64,000 nt of DNA from an uncultured Alphaproteobacteria bacterium (lineage in GTDB: Bacteria > Pseudomonadota > Alphaproteobacteria > Methylaequorales > Methylaequoraceae): the NCBI GenBank assembly GCA_902617375.1, contig CACMWI010000002.1, forward strand, positions 1,566 to 65,565. Direction: 5' to 3'. Below are positions 41,103-51,929 of the stretch, in pieces; position 1 is the first letter of the stretch; the number at the start of each line of letters is the position of its first letter. The notes under the pieces are model-generated. The model was not told where the DNA came from and did not search any database. It saw nothing but the letters and a program-made list of their open reading frames with translations. Made by a program: the position numbers and the translations under genes.

Positions 41103-41669
41103 TTATGCATTGCCGAAGAAGTTTGTAAGTTTTGAAAAATCAATTCCAGTTTTTTGAAGTGCGTTTTTCCACTTCTTTTCTGGATCAATTTCAAAAAGAA
41201 GATCCAATTCCTCGTTTAAATTTATCCAGCTATTCTGTTTTATTTCATTTTCTAGTTGACCTGGTCCCCACCCAGAATAACCAAGTGAGATAAAAAATTG
41301 TTTAGGTCCTTTGTTTTTTGCAATATCCGAGATAATTTCAGTTGAACAAGTTAATTTAACTTGTTTAGAAACTTTAATTGTACTTTTACTTTCGTAATCT
41401 TTTGTATGTAATATGAATCCGTTATTCTGATTTAGTGGACCGCCTACATGAAAAAGAAAATCAGTTTCCAGATTTTTTGAAACATTTCCAATGTTTAATT
41501 TTTGAAAAAGTTGTGCAGCTTTGATAGTCATTATTTTGTGGTTAAGTACAATTCCAACTGCTCCATCTTTATTATGATGAGTAAGGTAAATAATACTTTT
41601 AGAAAAAAAAATATCGTTTAATTGCGGCAAAGCGCAAATAATATTTCCCTTTAAATATCTATGTTTCAT
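41103..41669 (-). CDS. YqgE/AlgH family protein (UPF0301)
   Basis: 188 aa; FSKSIIYLTHHNKDGAVGIVLN pattern. Confidence 0.8.
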   Translation of the reverse strand: MKHRYLKGNIICALPQLNDIFFSKSIIYLTHHNKDGAVGIVLNHKIMTIKAAQLFQKLNIGNVSKNLETDFLFHVGGPLNQNNGFILHTKDYESKSTIKVSKQVKLTCSTEIISDIAKNKGPKQFFISLGYSGWGPGQLENEIKQNSWINLNEELDLLFEIDPEKKWKNALQKTGIDFSKLTNFFGNA

Positions 41670-41716
41670 ATATAAATTATTACAGATATTTAATTTAAAT
41701 TCAATTAGTAACGCCT

Positions 41717-43663
41717 ATGTTTATAAATTTTTTTAAAATTATATTTTTATTAGTTGCAAATTTAACTCTTGCTCAAGATTTTAACGCTAGAAACAATCCT
41801 GCTTTAGTTAGTATAATTCCATCCAATGGAATATTTCTAGTCGAAGAAAATTATTATTTTGGTGTAAAGATAGAACTTCAACAGGGATGGAAAACATACT
41901 GGAAAAATCCAGGTGATGCAGGTGCACCGATTACAATTGAATTTAATGATACTTCTATTGGAAATAAATTAAAAATTTTATTCCCTTTTCCTGAAAAATT
42001 TAAGGATCATGATGTTTCAACAATAGGTTATGAAGGCCAAGTAATATTTCCAGTAAGAATTCAGAAAGATGAAATTGATAAAATAAATGAGAAAATTAAT
42101 TTAGATTATCTTGTTTGTAAAGATATCTGTATACCAATTTCAGAAACTAAAAATTTAAATCTTAATCTTCAGAATGTTATTCAGTCCGATGCATTTATGG
42201 AGAGTTACAAAACTGTTCCAAAAAAAAAATTGAATTATTTCAATATTGATGAAAACATTATTTCAAGTGAAAAAATAAGTATTAAACTCATTAATAAAGA
42301 TGAATTTAAAAATACTGAATTATTTGCTTACGCAGAAGACATAAATCTCAAAGTTAAAAAACTAAAATCATCTTTCGAAGTTTTCCTTGACAATGATATA
42401 GAGTCTTTGAATGGTCCAATAGATTTTTCTTTTTCAAATGGGAAAGTTTACGAAGAAATTTCGTTTGATTTCAATAAAAAATCAATACAGACTCCAATCA
42501 TTTATTTTATAATTTTAGCTTTTCTCGGTGGCTTAATATTAAACTTCATGCCATGTGTTCTTCCGGTCCTTTCTTTAAAACTTTACTCGTTTTTGAGTTT
42601 AGCTAAGGATGACGATAATAAAATCAGGTTTGATTGTTCTCTAACTATAGCTGGAATAGTTACTTCATTTCTTGTATTAGCTATCACAGTAATTTTTTTA
42701 AAAACATTTGGTGAGACAGTCGGATGGGGCTTTCATTTTCAAAACCAGTTTTTTTTAATGTTCATCTTAGTTTTAATGTTAATTTTTAGTTTGAATCTAC
42801 TCGGATTCTTTGAAATTATTTTGCCACAAAACGCCTTGTATAAAATTAATAACTTCTTAAACACTAATAGTAAAAGTGGTCACTATTTTTCAGGAGTATT
42901 TGCAACTCTTTTAGCTACACCTTGCAGTGCACCTTTTTTAGGAACAGCAGTTGGTTTTTCAATGGGATCATCAAATCAAAATATTGTAATAATATTTTTG
43001 AGCATTGCGCTTGGTTTTTCATTTCCGTATTTATGTTTTATTATTATACCAAAGATAGTTAAACTACTGCCTAAGCCTGGGGAATGGATGAATAATTTAA
43101 AATATTTCCTAGGACTACTAATGCTATTGTCTTTTGTATGGATTTCTAATCTGTTCAAAATAAACTACTTATTAATATTTTTATTTACTTCATTAATCCT
43201 AATTTCTACTTGTCTAAAAAATAAAAGCAAATTTACTATGATCACGTCTTTACTGTTTGTCATCACAAATATCTTTTTTTTCTCTGAAAAGATGAATCTA
43301 CACAAGAATAAATTGATATGGGAAGATTATAACGACAAATCTTTAGAAAGTTATTTAAATGAAAATAGATTTGTGTTGGTAGACGTTACTGCAGACTGGT
43401 GCGTAACTTGTCAATTTAATAAGATAACAACTTTGAATACAAAACAATTAGTTGATTTTCTTATTCAACATGAAGTTTTAGTTATAAGAGCAGACTGGAC
43501 TAATAAGGACAAAGATATTTTTGATTTTATAAAAAGATATAACAGGTACGGTATACCGGTAAATATTGTTTATGGACCAAAGAACAAAGAAGGAATTTTA
43601 TTGCCAGAGATTCTTTCTAAAGATATTGTAATAAATAAACTAATGGAGGCTGGTATTAAATGA
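41717..43663 (+). CDS. dsbD: Thiol:disulfide interchange protein DsbD
   Basis: 648 aa; N-terminal periplasmic domain, central polytopic domain with two Cys (NFMPCVLP, TPCSAPFLG) and a C-terminal thioredoxin domain (WCVTCQ). Confidence 0.85.
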   Translation: MFINFFKIIFLLVANLTLAQDFNARNNPALVSIIPSNGIFLVEENYYFGVKIELQQGWKTYWKNPGDAGAPITIEFNDTSIGNKLKILFPFPEKFKDHDVSTIGYEGQVIFPVRIQKDEIDKINEKINLDYLVCKDICIPISETKNLNLNLQNVIQSDAFMESYKTVPKKKLNYFNIDENIISSEKISIKLINKDEFKNTELFAYAEDINLKVKKLKSSFEVFLDNDIESLNGPIDFSFSNGKVYEEISFDFNKKSIQTPIIYFIILAFLGGLILNFMPCVLPVLSLKLYSFLSLAKDDDNKIRFDCSLTIAGIVTSFLVLAITVIFLKTFGETVGWGFHFQNQFFLMFILVLMLIFSLNLLGFFEIILPQNALYKINNFLNTNSKSGHYFSGVFATLLATPCSAPFLGTAVGFSMGSSNQNIVIIFLSIALGFSFPYLCFIIIPKIVKLLPKPGEWMNNLKYFLGLLMLLSFVWISNLFKINYLLIFLFTSLILISTCLKNKSKFTMITSLLFVITNIFFFSEKMNLHKNKLIWEDYNDKSLESYLNENRFVLVDVTADWCVTCQFNKITTLNTKQLVDFLIQHEVLVIRADWTNKDKDIFDFIKRYNRYGIPVNIVYGPKNKEGILLPEILSKDIVINKLMEAGIK

Positions 43664-44139
43664 CAATTAATGAAAACGATATTTTTCCTGATATTACTTT
43701 TTATCAGATAACCGAGTCTGGACCTGAAGGAATTAAAGCAAACAAAATTTTTAAAAGTAAAAAAGTTATTTTAGTTGGAGTGCCTGGAGCTTTCACTCCT
43801 ACTTGCAGTGATGAACATCTCCCAGGCTATAAAAAATTAGCGAGTGAATTTTTTTCCAATGGAATAGAAGAAATTTATGTTGTATCTACAAATGACCCAT
43901 TCATAATGAAATCTTGGAGTGATTCATTAAATATTTCAGATTTTAAATTTATATCAGATGGCAACGGTGAGTTAAGAGATAAAACCGGACTTGTAACTGA
44001 TTTATCTATTGTAGGCTTAGGAAAAAGATTATCAAGATTTGCAATGATTATTGATGATGGAAAGATAGTTAAAATATTTAATGAAAATGGTCCAGGACTA
44101 GATTTAAGTAAAGCTGAAAATGTAATAAAATCAATTTAA
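43660..44139 (+). CDS. Peroxiredoxin, Prx5-like subfamily
   Basis: 159 aa; GVPGAFTPTCS peroxidatic Cys motif. Overlaps dsbD by 4 nt. Confidence 0.85.
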   Translation: MTINENDIFPDITFYQITESGPEGIKANKIFKSKKVILVGVPGAFTPTCSDEHLPGYKKLASEFFSNGIEEIYVVSTNDPFIMKSWSDSLNISDFKFISDGNGELRDKTGLVTDLSIVGLGKRLSRFAMIIDDGKIVKIFNENGPGLDLSKAENVIKSI

Positions 44140-44600
44140 TGAGGAAAATTAATTTGGTCCCTAGCAAGCCTGTCAACTTCTTCATTATACTTGTTACCAC
44201 TATGGCCTTTTACCCAAGTCCAAGCTATTTGAAATTGGCTTGAAAGTATATCTAATTTCATCCAAAGATCCTTATTTTTAACACTCTTTTTGTTTGAACC
44301 TATCCAGTTATTTGTTTTCCATTTTTTTATCCACAACTCAATACCATTGATTACATATTTGCTATCAGTAAATATTTGTAGACTGCTTTCTTTTGGAATT
44401 GATTCTAATGCTTGAATAATTGCGATTAGTTCCATTCGATTATTTGTTGTTTCAATTTCACCACCAATTTTTTTAGATTTTTGACCGCTGTTTTTATTAA
44501 AAATAAGTGCTGCCCAGCCCCCAGATCCAGGATTTCCAGAACATGCTCCATCTGTATATATTATGTAATCAAAATCACTCAAAATATTTCTTTGCCACAT
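44136..44600 (-). CDS. rnhA: Ribonuclease HI
   Basis: 154 aa; YTDGACSGNPGSGGWAA and TNNRMEL catalytic motifs. Confidence 0.9.
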   Translation of the reverse strand: MWQRNILSDFDYIIYTDGACSGNPGSGGWAALIFNKNSGQKSKKIGGEIETTNNRMELIAIIQALESIPKESSLQIFTDSKYVINGIELWIKKWKTNNWIGSNKKSVKNKDLWMKLDILSSQFQIAWTWVKGHSGNKYNEEVDRLARDQINFPH

Positions 44601-45531
44601 TAACTTTAATATGAAATTTTAGAATATTAAAAAACTCTAATGGATCTTTCTTTTTAAGAAACTCTCCCTCATTACTATTCAAAGAATCATAGACTCTAGT
44701 GAATAAAAATCTTAAGCTTGCACCTCTTAATAGAATATTAATATTCTTAACTTCGTTCGTTTCTAACTTTCTGACTGACTGGTATCCAGAAATTAAACTT
44801 AAAAAGAAATCCTCCTTGAATTTATACTTATAAAAGCACCAAGCATTAATTGTAATTGCAAGATCATATGACAAAAAGTCACAACAAGAAAAATAAAAGT
44901 CTAAAAAGCCTGAAATTTTTTGTTCCTTAAAAAAAACATTATCTGGAAATAGATCTGCATGAATAATACCTTCAGGTAAGTTCGTGGGCCAGTTAAACGA
45001 TATAAAATCAATTTCATCACTAATTATTTTTAGTGAGTTTGGTATAACGGTATTAAATTTATTTAAACAATTTAAATAAATTTTCTTCCAAAAATTTAAA
45101 CTAAAATTATTTTTGGCCTTTAATTTATTGTCTATATTCGCTAAGTGGAATTGAGCTAATTTCTGACCGACCATAAAACAATCATCTTCGCTCCATTTTT
45201 TCTTTGAATCCCCCTCTAGAAACCCAAATATTGCCATCTTTTTATTTTTTACTTTGTTTATTAACTTACCATTTTTGTCTTTTATTGGAACAGGACAGTG
45301 TATACCTTTATAATGCGAATTAGTCATGACTTCAAAATAAAATGGTATCAGTTTTATATCTACACGTTTTTCAAAAATCGTAATAATATAGTTTTTATCT
45401 TTAGTACGAAGAAGATAATTTGTATTTTCAATACCTTCTTTTATTCCTGTGAATTTCAGTAATTCACCTAGTTGATAATTTTTTAAAATCTTATTTATGT
45501 TGGCTTCAGAAAGTTCAGTATGTACAGCCAT
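44575..45531 (-). CDS. thrB: Homoserine kinase type II (APH-fold ThrB)
   Basis: 318 aa; aminoglycoside-phosphotransferase-like kinase motifs (IIHADLFPDNVFF...DF). Shows the conserved alphaproteobacterial thrB-rnhA adjacency. Confidence 0.75.
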   Translation of the reverse strand: MAVHTELSEANINKILKNYQLGELLKFTGIKEGIENTNYLLRTKDKNYIITIFEKRVDIKLIPFYFEVMTNSHYKGIHCPVPIKDKNGKLINKVKNKKMAIFGFLEGDSKKKWSEDDCFMVGQKLAQFHLANIDNKLKAKNNFSLNFWKKIYLNCLNKFNTVIPNSLKIISDEIDFISFNWPTNLPEGIIHADLFPDNVFFKEQKISGFLDFYFSCCDFLSYDLAITINAWCFYKYKFKEDFFLSLISGYQSVRKLETNEVKNINILLRGASLRFLFTRVYDSLNSNEGEFLKKKDPLEFFNILKFHIKVNVAKKYFE

Positions 45532-45537
45532 CTTGTT

Positions 45538-46032
45538 TTAAAAAAAATTTTTGGGAATATTTATTATTGAGTTTTCAACTAACTTAAGATTTTGTTTGTT
45601 AGATAAATTTTTTTTAATCCGTATTTCTGTATATTTAATAGCTTTTTCCATGATAAGTTTTTTCATATCATTCTTAAGATTATTCTCCATCTGAGATGAT
45701 ATGAGGTTATAATTATTAATTCTTCTAAGCATAGTTTGCTCAACATCTTTCTCTATTTGAGATTTTATTCTTTTAATCTCTTTGTTTGTGTCTTCTTTGA
45801 TTCTTTTAATTAAGTTGCTATTATCTTTTTGTTTTTCTAATTGACCTTCATATAATTTTTCAGCTTCAAGTTTGAGTTGTTTCGATTCTTCGATATTTTT
45901 TTTTAAATCATCGATTTTTTTTTCAAGGCTACCAGAAAGTTGAGTTAACATTGGTTTAAGAGTAATGCATAAAAAAATAATAAAAGAAAGTGATACCCAA
46001 AGTGTTGAATCATCTAAAAACTCAATGCTCAT
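45538..46032 (-). CDS. atpF: ATP synthase F0 subunit b
   Basis: 164 aa; one N-terminal TM helix then a long charged coiled coil; last gene of the F0 operon. Confidence 0.8.
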   Translation of the reverse strand: MSIEFLDDSTLWVSLSFIIFLCITLKPMLTQLSGSLEKKIDDLKKNIEESKQLKLEAEKLYEGQLEKQKDNSNLIKRIKEDTNKEIKRIKSQIEKDVEQTMLRRINNYNLISSQMENNLKNDMKKLIMEKAIKYTEIRIKKNLSNKQNLKLVENSIINIPKNFF

Positions 46033-46589
46033 TATTTGTCATCTCCAATTATTTTTTTAAAATCACTTACACTTCCTTTTATTTTCTCTCCAATAATTTT
46101 TTCGTATAATTTATCAGATAAATCAACACATAATTTAGGAAGTTCGTTGGTGATCATTTTTTTATTTTCATCAATATCAGAATTAAGTTTATTTTTTTTG
46201 TCTTCAAAATCGTTATTTATTTCAAGAATCTTTTTATCAAAAATTTTTTTATTTTCATCGAATGTTTTTTTAATCAAAGCATTTTGTTCATTTTTGACTT
46301 CTTCAAACTCTTTATTCATTTTTTCTACGAGAGAATTAAAAGAATCATTAAGCTTTTTTGCTTCATCTAAATAACTTTGAATTGTTTCGTCCCTTTTTCT
46401 TCTTATATTCTTAATTTTAGGAAGAAAGAAATAATGATTGATGAGAAATAATGTTATAAATAATAAGGTCAACCAAAAAATTTGAGATGAAAATGACTCA
46501 GGGTTTAGTTGGGGCATTCCGCCTTTTTCTTCAGTGGCTGAGATTGTATTGCCGATTAAAAGATAGAAAAGGAATGTGTACCTAAGCAT
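46032..46589 (-). CDS. ATP synthase F0 subunit b'
   Basis: 185 aa; same architecture as subunit b; two b-type genes in tandem, typical of alphaproteobacterial F0. Confidence 0.75.
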   Translation of the reverse strand: MLRYTFLFYLLIGNTISATEEKGGMPQLNPESFSSQIFWLTLLFITLFLINHYFFLPKIKNIRRKRDETIQSYLDEAKKLNDSFNSLVEKMNKEFEEVKNEQNALIKKTFDENKKIFDKKILEINNDFEDKKNKLNSDIDENKKMITNELPKLCVDLSDKLYEKIIGEKIKGSVSDFKKIIGDDK

Positions 46590-46592
46590 TCT

Positions 46593-46820
46593 TTAAAAAA
46601 CAAAAAGTAAAAGAAGTGCAATAATTAGTGCAAATAAAGCAAGTGCTTCAACTAAAGCAAACCCTAACATTGTCATTGTAAATACATGTTCTCTAGCCTC
46701 AGGGTTTCTTCCAACTGCTGAGATAAAAGCTGCGAAGATAGATCCAATTCCAATTCCTGAACCAATTACGCCTAGCACTGCTATTCCAGCACCTAAAAGT
46801 TTTGCAGATTCCATATCCAT
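46593..46820 (-). CDS. atpE: ATP synthase F0 subunit c
   Basis: 75 aa hairpin proteolipid; GAGIAVLGVIGSGIGIG and the conserved acidic residue in helix 2 (ALVEALALF). Confidence 0.9.
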   Translation of the reverse strand: MDMESAKLLGAGIAVLGVIGSGIGIGSIFAAFISAVGRNPEAREHVFTMTMLGFALVEALALFALIIALLLLFVF

Positions 46821-46847
46821 AATTTACTCCTTAATATAAGTTAAAAG

Positions 46848-47588
46848 TTAATGTAAATGTATTGCATCATTAATATATAAACAAGTTAATATTGCAAATA
46901 CATAAGCTTGAAGAAATGCAATTACAATTTCTAGGCCCGTTAAAGCAATAAGAAAAGCAAGAGGAAGAATTCCACCAACTATGAAACTGTTTGCTCCCAA
47001 AACAAAAACAAATCCACCTATTACTTTTAAAAGTGTATGCCCAGCCATCATATTGGCAAATAATCTTACTGAAAGACTGATTGGTCTAGATAAGTAAGAT
47101 ATGATTTCAATAGGGACAAGTAAGATGAGCATTGGCTTGGGAACCCCAGAGGGAGCAAAAAATTTTAAAAATTTTACAATACCGTGTTTATAGATTGCTA
47201 TTAAAGTAACGCCTATAAAAATAAAAAAAGCTATTGAGAAAGTTACTATGATATGGCTTGTCCATGTAAAACTATAGGGTAACATACCTAAAAGATTTCC
47301 AACTAAGATAAAAAGAAAAAGTGTGAAAATAAAAGAAAAGTATTTCATGCCTTCATTCCCAATGTTGTCTCCGATCATCCCAGAAATAAACTCATAGCTA
47401 CTTTCTACAACAGATTGTCTCTTTGATGGTATAATTTCAAGATTTCTTAAACCAAGATACATAAATAGTGATATAAAAACTACTGTCATAATCATGGCTA
47501 ATGAGGAGTTGGTAAATGATATATCATAACCAAAAGCTTCCATCTCTATGATTTTTTTTATTTCAAATTGAGCTAGTGGACTTGCCAA
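46848..47588 (-). CDS. atpB: ATP synthase F0 subunit a
   Basis: 246 aa polytopic; conserved Arg region LSVRLFANMMAGH. Confidence 0.9.
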   Translation of the reverse strand: MASPLAQFEIKKIIEMEAFGYDISFTNSSLAMIMTVVFISLFMYLGLRNLEIIPSKRQSVVESSYEFISGMIGDNIGNEGMKYFSFIFTLFLFILVGNLLGMLPYSFTWTSHIIVTFSIAFFIFIGVTLIAIYKHGIVKFLKFFAPSGVPKPMLILLVPIEIISYLSRPISLSVRLFANMMAGHTLLKVIGGFVFVLGANSFIVGGILPLAFLIALTGLEIVIAFLQAYVFAILTCLYINDAIHLH

Positions 47589-47602
47589 ATCATCTCCTTC
47601 TT

Positions 47603-47857
47603 TTAATTAAGTTTTTTCACTGTTTTGAACAAGCTATAAAAACCTGTAATGATTCCTAATACCAAAAAAATAATAAAAAAGACAGGTTTTGTTGAAAAAA
47701 TTTTATCAAGTCCGAAACCTATAAGTGTCCCAACAACAATAGAAGATATTAAGTCCAAAGAAATTTTCAAACCAATACTATATCCATTGTTTTTATAATG
47801 ATTTGTTTTTTGTTTTTTTAATTTTTGTTCTAGTCTATCAGAAAAATCATTTTTCAT
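47603..47857 (-). CDS. ATP synthase protein I-like small membrane protein (AtpI/AtpZ)
   Basis: 84 aa with two TM helices, immediately upstream of atpB. Confidence 0.55.
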   Translation of the reverse strand: MKNDFSDRLEQKLKKQKTNHYKNNGYSIGLKISLDLISSIVVGTLIGFGLDKIFSTKPVFFIIFLVLGIITGFYSLFKTVKKLN

Positions 47858-50800
47858 TAAACCGCCTCTTTCAAGTTTATTTTTTCAAAATCTACAGAAA
47901 CAATATCAGAAATTCCTTTTTGTGCCATCGTTACCCCATAAACTCTGTCAATTGAATTCATTGTAATTTTATGGTGAGTTATAATAAGAAACTTTGTTTT
48001 TGTATTCTTTTTTAATTCTAAAAGAATATTACAAAACTTTTCAACATTATTTTCATCTAATGCTGCATCAACTTCATCTAAAATACAAATTGGTGAAGGG
48101 TTGATCAAGAAAATTGAAAATATAAGGGAAATTGCTGTGAGTGCTTTTTCTCCCCCAGACAGCAAGCTTATAGATGACAATTTTTTTCCAGGTGGTCTCG
48201 CGTAAATCTCAATGCCAGTTTGGAGTGGATCGTCAGTTTTGACGAGCTCAAGTTTGGCTTCTCCCCCATTAAATAATTTTTTAAAAAGTTCTGAAAAGTT
48301 TTTGTTGACCTCTTCATAGGCTTTAAAAAGTCTATTTTTTCCTTCATTGTTGATTTTATTTATTGCTAACCTAAGTTTCTCAATTGCTTGAGTCAAATCT
48401 AGTTTTTCCATTTCAAGCTCGTCTATTGATTGTGAAATGATTTTTTCTTCAGTTTTTGCTCTTAGATTTACAGGTCCCATTTGTTCCCTTTGACTTATAA
48501 GTCTATCGAGCTTAATTTTTAAATCTTCATAGCTGGTAATTCCAATTCCCTTTTCTTTTAGATTATTTTCAAATTCCTCTGGTTGAATTTTAGATCTTTG
48601 AAATATAGTACTTCTAAGTTCTTTCTCCTTAATTTTTAAGTTTTCTAAATTAATATCAATCTTTGTTATTTCATTAATTTTATTTTCACGTTCTTTATTA
48701 AATTGTTCTATTTTTTTTTCTAAATTGAAAATAAATCCTTTAGTTTCATTCTCTTTGCTAATATTTTGTGTAATTTCTTTTTGGACTTCGTTAAATTGTC
48801 CTTGATAATGATTGATTTTCTCTCTTAAATCAGATGGAAGGTTTTCCAACTTTTTGTTTTCACGGATATAATCTATCTCTCTTTTTTCGAGTATCTCAAT
48901 TTGTTTTAAACATTCAGTTATCCTAACCTCAGTTTTTTGAAGATCATTTTTGTGAAAACTCTCATTCAGTTCTTCCTTCATTATCGATTCTTTTATTAAA
49001 TTAATTTCCTCTCTTTTCTTATCAAGTTGTTGATCAAGATTTTGTATGGTTTTTTGCACTTCTTCTTTTTCATTTTTATTGTTATCAAGTTTTGGAGAAG
49101 AAACTTCCATAGACTTGATTTTTTCTAATTCTTTAGACGACAATCTTTCTTCTTTAATACGTAAGTCTATTTTTTCTTTTATGTCTTTAATATTAAATTC
49201 CAATAGTGATTTTTTTTGAATAAATTTTGAAAATTCAGATTGAGTTGAGTCGTATTCTCTGTAATTATTTTCAAGTTCAATATTTTCTTTTTTTAATGTT
49301 TCATTCAATTCACTCTGAACTTTTAGTTGAGATTCTTTTTTTAATATAAGTGAATTGAGACTTGTACGAAATTTATTTTGCTGATTAATAAGTTCTTTTA
49401 TTTTAAGTTGCGCATCAATCAGATTCTTATTTTGTTGATTTTCTTCTGATATAAATCCATCCCACCTCCACATAGATCCTTTCTTATCAACTATGCTTTG
49501 GCCAACTTTGAGATTTTTTTGTTTTTCAGATGCTTCTTTTGAATCCTCTACCAAACTAATCTGAGAGAGGATTAAATTTAATTCTTTTGGGCTTTCAACA
49601 AAGTTCGATAAATTATTCTCAATAGGATCTATGTTTTTATATGAGGTTTTAATCCATCTTTTTTTGGATTTTTTTAAAGTTGCATCTAATTCATTTGTGA
49701 GAGCAGCATAAACAGCATCTTCGTAACCTTTCTTTATTTTTAGAAGATTTACTATGGAATCATCTGACAACCCCTTACTACTTGTGAGTAGATTAAGTGT
49801 TTTGAGCTCCGTTTCGATTTGAGTGAGTTTTGTAGAAGAAATATCAATTTCAGCCAATATCTCTTTATTATTTTCATAAACCTTTTGGGTGTGTTGATTT
49901 GTTTGACTAATATTTTTTTTTCTTTTGCTAATGAGGTCTTGAATACCATGAATCTTATTTTTTAATTTTTTGATTAGTTGATCTTGAATCTGAAAATCCT
50001 TTTCGTACTTAATGAGATTTTTTTGTAAATCAACAATTGTAACCTGGATAAGATTAATTTTCTTTTTAAGATTTTCTTTATTTTCTTTTATATTATCAAA
50101 TTTAAATTCCTCTCCTAGACTTAGTTGAATTTCGTTAACAAAAATTGTTTCAAGTTGTTTGATTTTATTTTTAAGCCCAATTTCCTGATTAATAAGTAGA
50201 AGCATTTCTTTCTTCTTTTCATTGATTTTTGATGGTTCTAAAATTTTTTGTTGGAGATTTTTTTTATTTTTTTCTAATTCTGAAACTCTATTTTTTTCTA
50301 ATTCCTTGTCATTTTCAATAGTTTTTAAAAATCTATTTATCTCCTCTTTTTTATTATTTATTCCACTCAATTCGTTATTATATTTATTGATTTCAGTCCT
50401 TATTTGAAAGTTTTTTTTATTAAGACTTTCTTTTTCTTGATCAAATTGTGCTTCAATTTTTTTCTTTAAATTTAATTCATTTTGAAATTTAGCAAGTTCG
50501 TTGATGCATTTCTGAGTTTCTTCAGAAATTTTATCTTTGAAAGATTGTGCTTGGTCTATCTCACTTATATTATTCTTCCATTGTGTATATACGATTATTG
50601 ATTGGTTAAATTTAATACTTTCAGAGATTTGCTCATATTTTTCTGCTTGTCTTGACTGCCTTGAAAGATCTTTTTTCTGATTGATTAAATTATTGAGATT
50701 TAGATCAATTTTTTCTAAGTTTGTATCGGTTGCTTGAAGTTTTAATTCTGATTCGTGTCTTCTTGACTGTAAACCAGATGTTCCTGCTGCGTCTTCCAAA

Positions 50801-51291
50801 ATTACTTTCCTATCTATGGGTTTCGAATTAATAATTTGATCTATATTCCCTTGACTAATGATTGAACTAGAACGTGGGCCACTTCCTGAATCATAAAATA
50901 GGGTACTTACATCTTTAGCTCTGACTTCTTTATTGTTAATTTTATAAAATGATCCAACCCCCCTCTCTAATGTTCTTGAAATAACTACCTTTTTGTCATT
51001 TGAAATATTACCTGGAAGTTCTCCATCAAAATTATCTAATTCAATAGATACTTCTGCAAAATTTTTTGCAGGTACTTGCTGAGTACCGTTAAATATGACT
51101 TCATCCATTGAATTGGATCTTAGACTTTTTGAAGAAGATTCACCCATGACCCAGCGAATTGCTTCAAAAACGTTTGATTTTCCACACCCATTTGGACCTA
51201 TTACGCCTGTTACACCGTCTTGAATCAAAAGTTCAGTAGAATGTGCAAATGATTTAAAACCAGAAATTCTTAATTTATTTACTGTAAACAA
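47857..51291 (-). CDS. smc: Chromosome segregation protein SMC
   Basis: 1144 aa; N-terminal Walker A GPNGCGKSN, long coiled coils, hinge, C-terminal signature LSGGEKALTA and Walker B ILDEVDAALD. Confidence 0.9.
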   Translation of the reverse strand: MFTVNKLRISGFKSFAHSTELLIQDGVTGVIGPNGCGKSNVFEAIRWVMGESSSKSLRSNSMDEVIFNGTQQVPAKNFAEVSIELDNFDGELPGNISNDKKVVISRTLERGVGSFYKINNKEVRAKDVSTLFYDSGSGPRSSSIISQGNIDQIINSKPIDRKVILEDAAGTSGLQSRRHESELKLQATDTNLEKIDLNLNNLINQKKDLSRQSRQAEKYEQISESIKFNQSIIVYTQWKNNISEIDQAQSFKDKISEETQKCINELAKFQNELNLKKKIEAQFDQEKESLNKKNFQIRTEINKYNNELSGINNKKEEINRFLKTIENDKELEKNRVSELEKNKKNLQQKILEPSKINEKKKEMLLLINQEIGLKNKIKQLETIFVNEIQLSLGEEFKFDNIKENKENLKKKINLIQVTIVDLQKNLIKYEKDFQIQDQLIKKLKNKIHGIQDLISKRKKNISQTNQHTQKVYENNKEILAEIDISSTKLTQIETELKTLNLLTSSKGLSDDSIVNLLKIKKGYEDAVYAALTNELDATLKKSKKRWIKTSYKNIDPIENNLSNFVESPKELNLILSQISLVEDSKEASEKQKNLKVGQSIVDKKGSMWRWDGFISEENQQNKNLIDAQLKIKELINQQNKFRTSLNSLILKKESQLKVQSELNETLKKENIELENNYREYDSTQSEFSKFIQKKSLLEFNIKDIKEKIDLRIKEERLSSKELEKIKSMEVSSPKLDNNKNEKEEVQKTIQNLDQQLDKKREEINLIKESIMKEELNESFHKNDLQKTEVRITECLKQIEILEKREIDYIRENKKLENLPSDLREKINHYQGQFNEVQKEITQNISKENETKGFIFNLEKKIEQFNKERENKINEITKIDINLENLKIKEKELRSTIFQRSKIQPEEFENNLKEKGIGITSYEDLKIKLDRLISQREQMGPVNLRAKTEEKIISQSIDELEMEKLDLTQAIEKLRLAINKINNEGKNRLFKAYEEVNKNFSELFKKLFNGGEAKLELVKTDDPLQTGIEIYARPPGKKLSSISLLSGGEKALTAISLIFSIFLINPSPICILDEVDAALDENNVEKFCNILLELKKNTKTKFLIITHHKITMNSIDRVYGVTMAQKGISDIVSVDFEKINLKEAV

Positions 51292-51295
51292 TTTG

Positions 51296-51904
51296 CTAAT
51301 TAATTAAAGAGTCAAGTTTTAGTTTAAGTGCTTCGAATGTAAGATCTCCATCATATTTTTTACCATTAATATAAATTGTTGGAGTTGCTTTGATTTCAAA
51401 CTTCTTGGTTGAATTAAGTCTTTTTTTCAAGATACCGTCTTCAATTGATTTGTTACTAACACAGACTTTAATTTCGTCATTCTTCAACCCCCCCAACTTT
51501 GCAATCTTTAATAAAGATTTAAAAGGATCTTGGGATCTGGTCCAATCTTTTTGTTTTTTATATAAAACTTTTAAAAAACTAAAATATTTATCTTTACCTG
51601 AACATCTTGCAATTACGGATGCTTTTAGAGCAAATTTATCGAGAGGAAAATCTTGATAAGTAAAAAAAATTTTACCATTGTCTATATAATTTTTTTTTAT
51701 TCTAGGAAACACTTCATTATGAAATTTCGCACAATGTCCACATGTCAGTGATGCAAACTCTATCATTTTGATTGGAGCAGACTTGTCACCAAGAGATTGA
51801 TTTTCAAGTGCCTCAATTGTATCAACAATTCTAGAATTTAGATCATTGAAAGAAAACAAAAAAACAAAAAAGAAAAGATATTTTATATAAAAAGATGTTT
51901 TCAT
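51296..51904 (-). CDS. DsbA-family thiol:disulfide oxidoreductase, periplasmic
   Basis: 202 aa; signal peptide; CGHC active site (FASLTCGHCAKFH). Confidence 0.75.
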   Translation of the reverse strand: MKTSFYIKYLFFFVFLFSFNDLNSRIVDTIEALENQSLGDKSAPIKMIEFASLTCGHCAKFHNEVFPRIKKNYIDNGKIFFTYQDFPLDKFALKASVIARCSGKDKYFSFLKVLYKKQKDWTRSQDPFKSLLKIAKLGGLKNDEIKVCVSNKSIEDGILKKRLNSTKKFEIKATPTIYINGKKYDGDLTFEALKLKLDSLIN

Positions 51905-51929
51905 TATAAAATATTTTTAACACAAATCT

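Noticed and set aside
46036-46374. 112-aa plus-strand ORF rich in S/F/L
   Set aside because: It is antisense to the ATP synthase b' gene (a Lys/Glu-rich coiled coil gives Phe/Leu/Ser-rich antisense), so it is not real.
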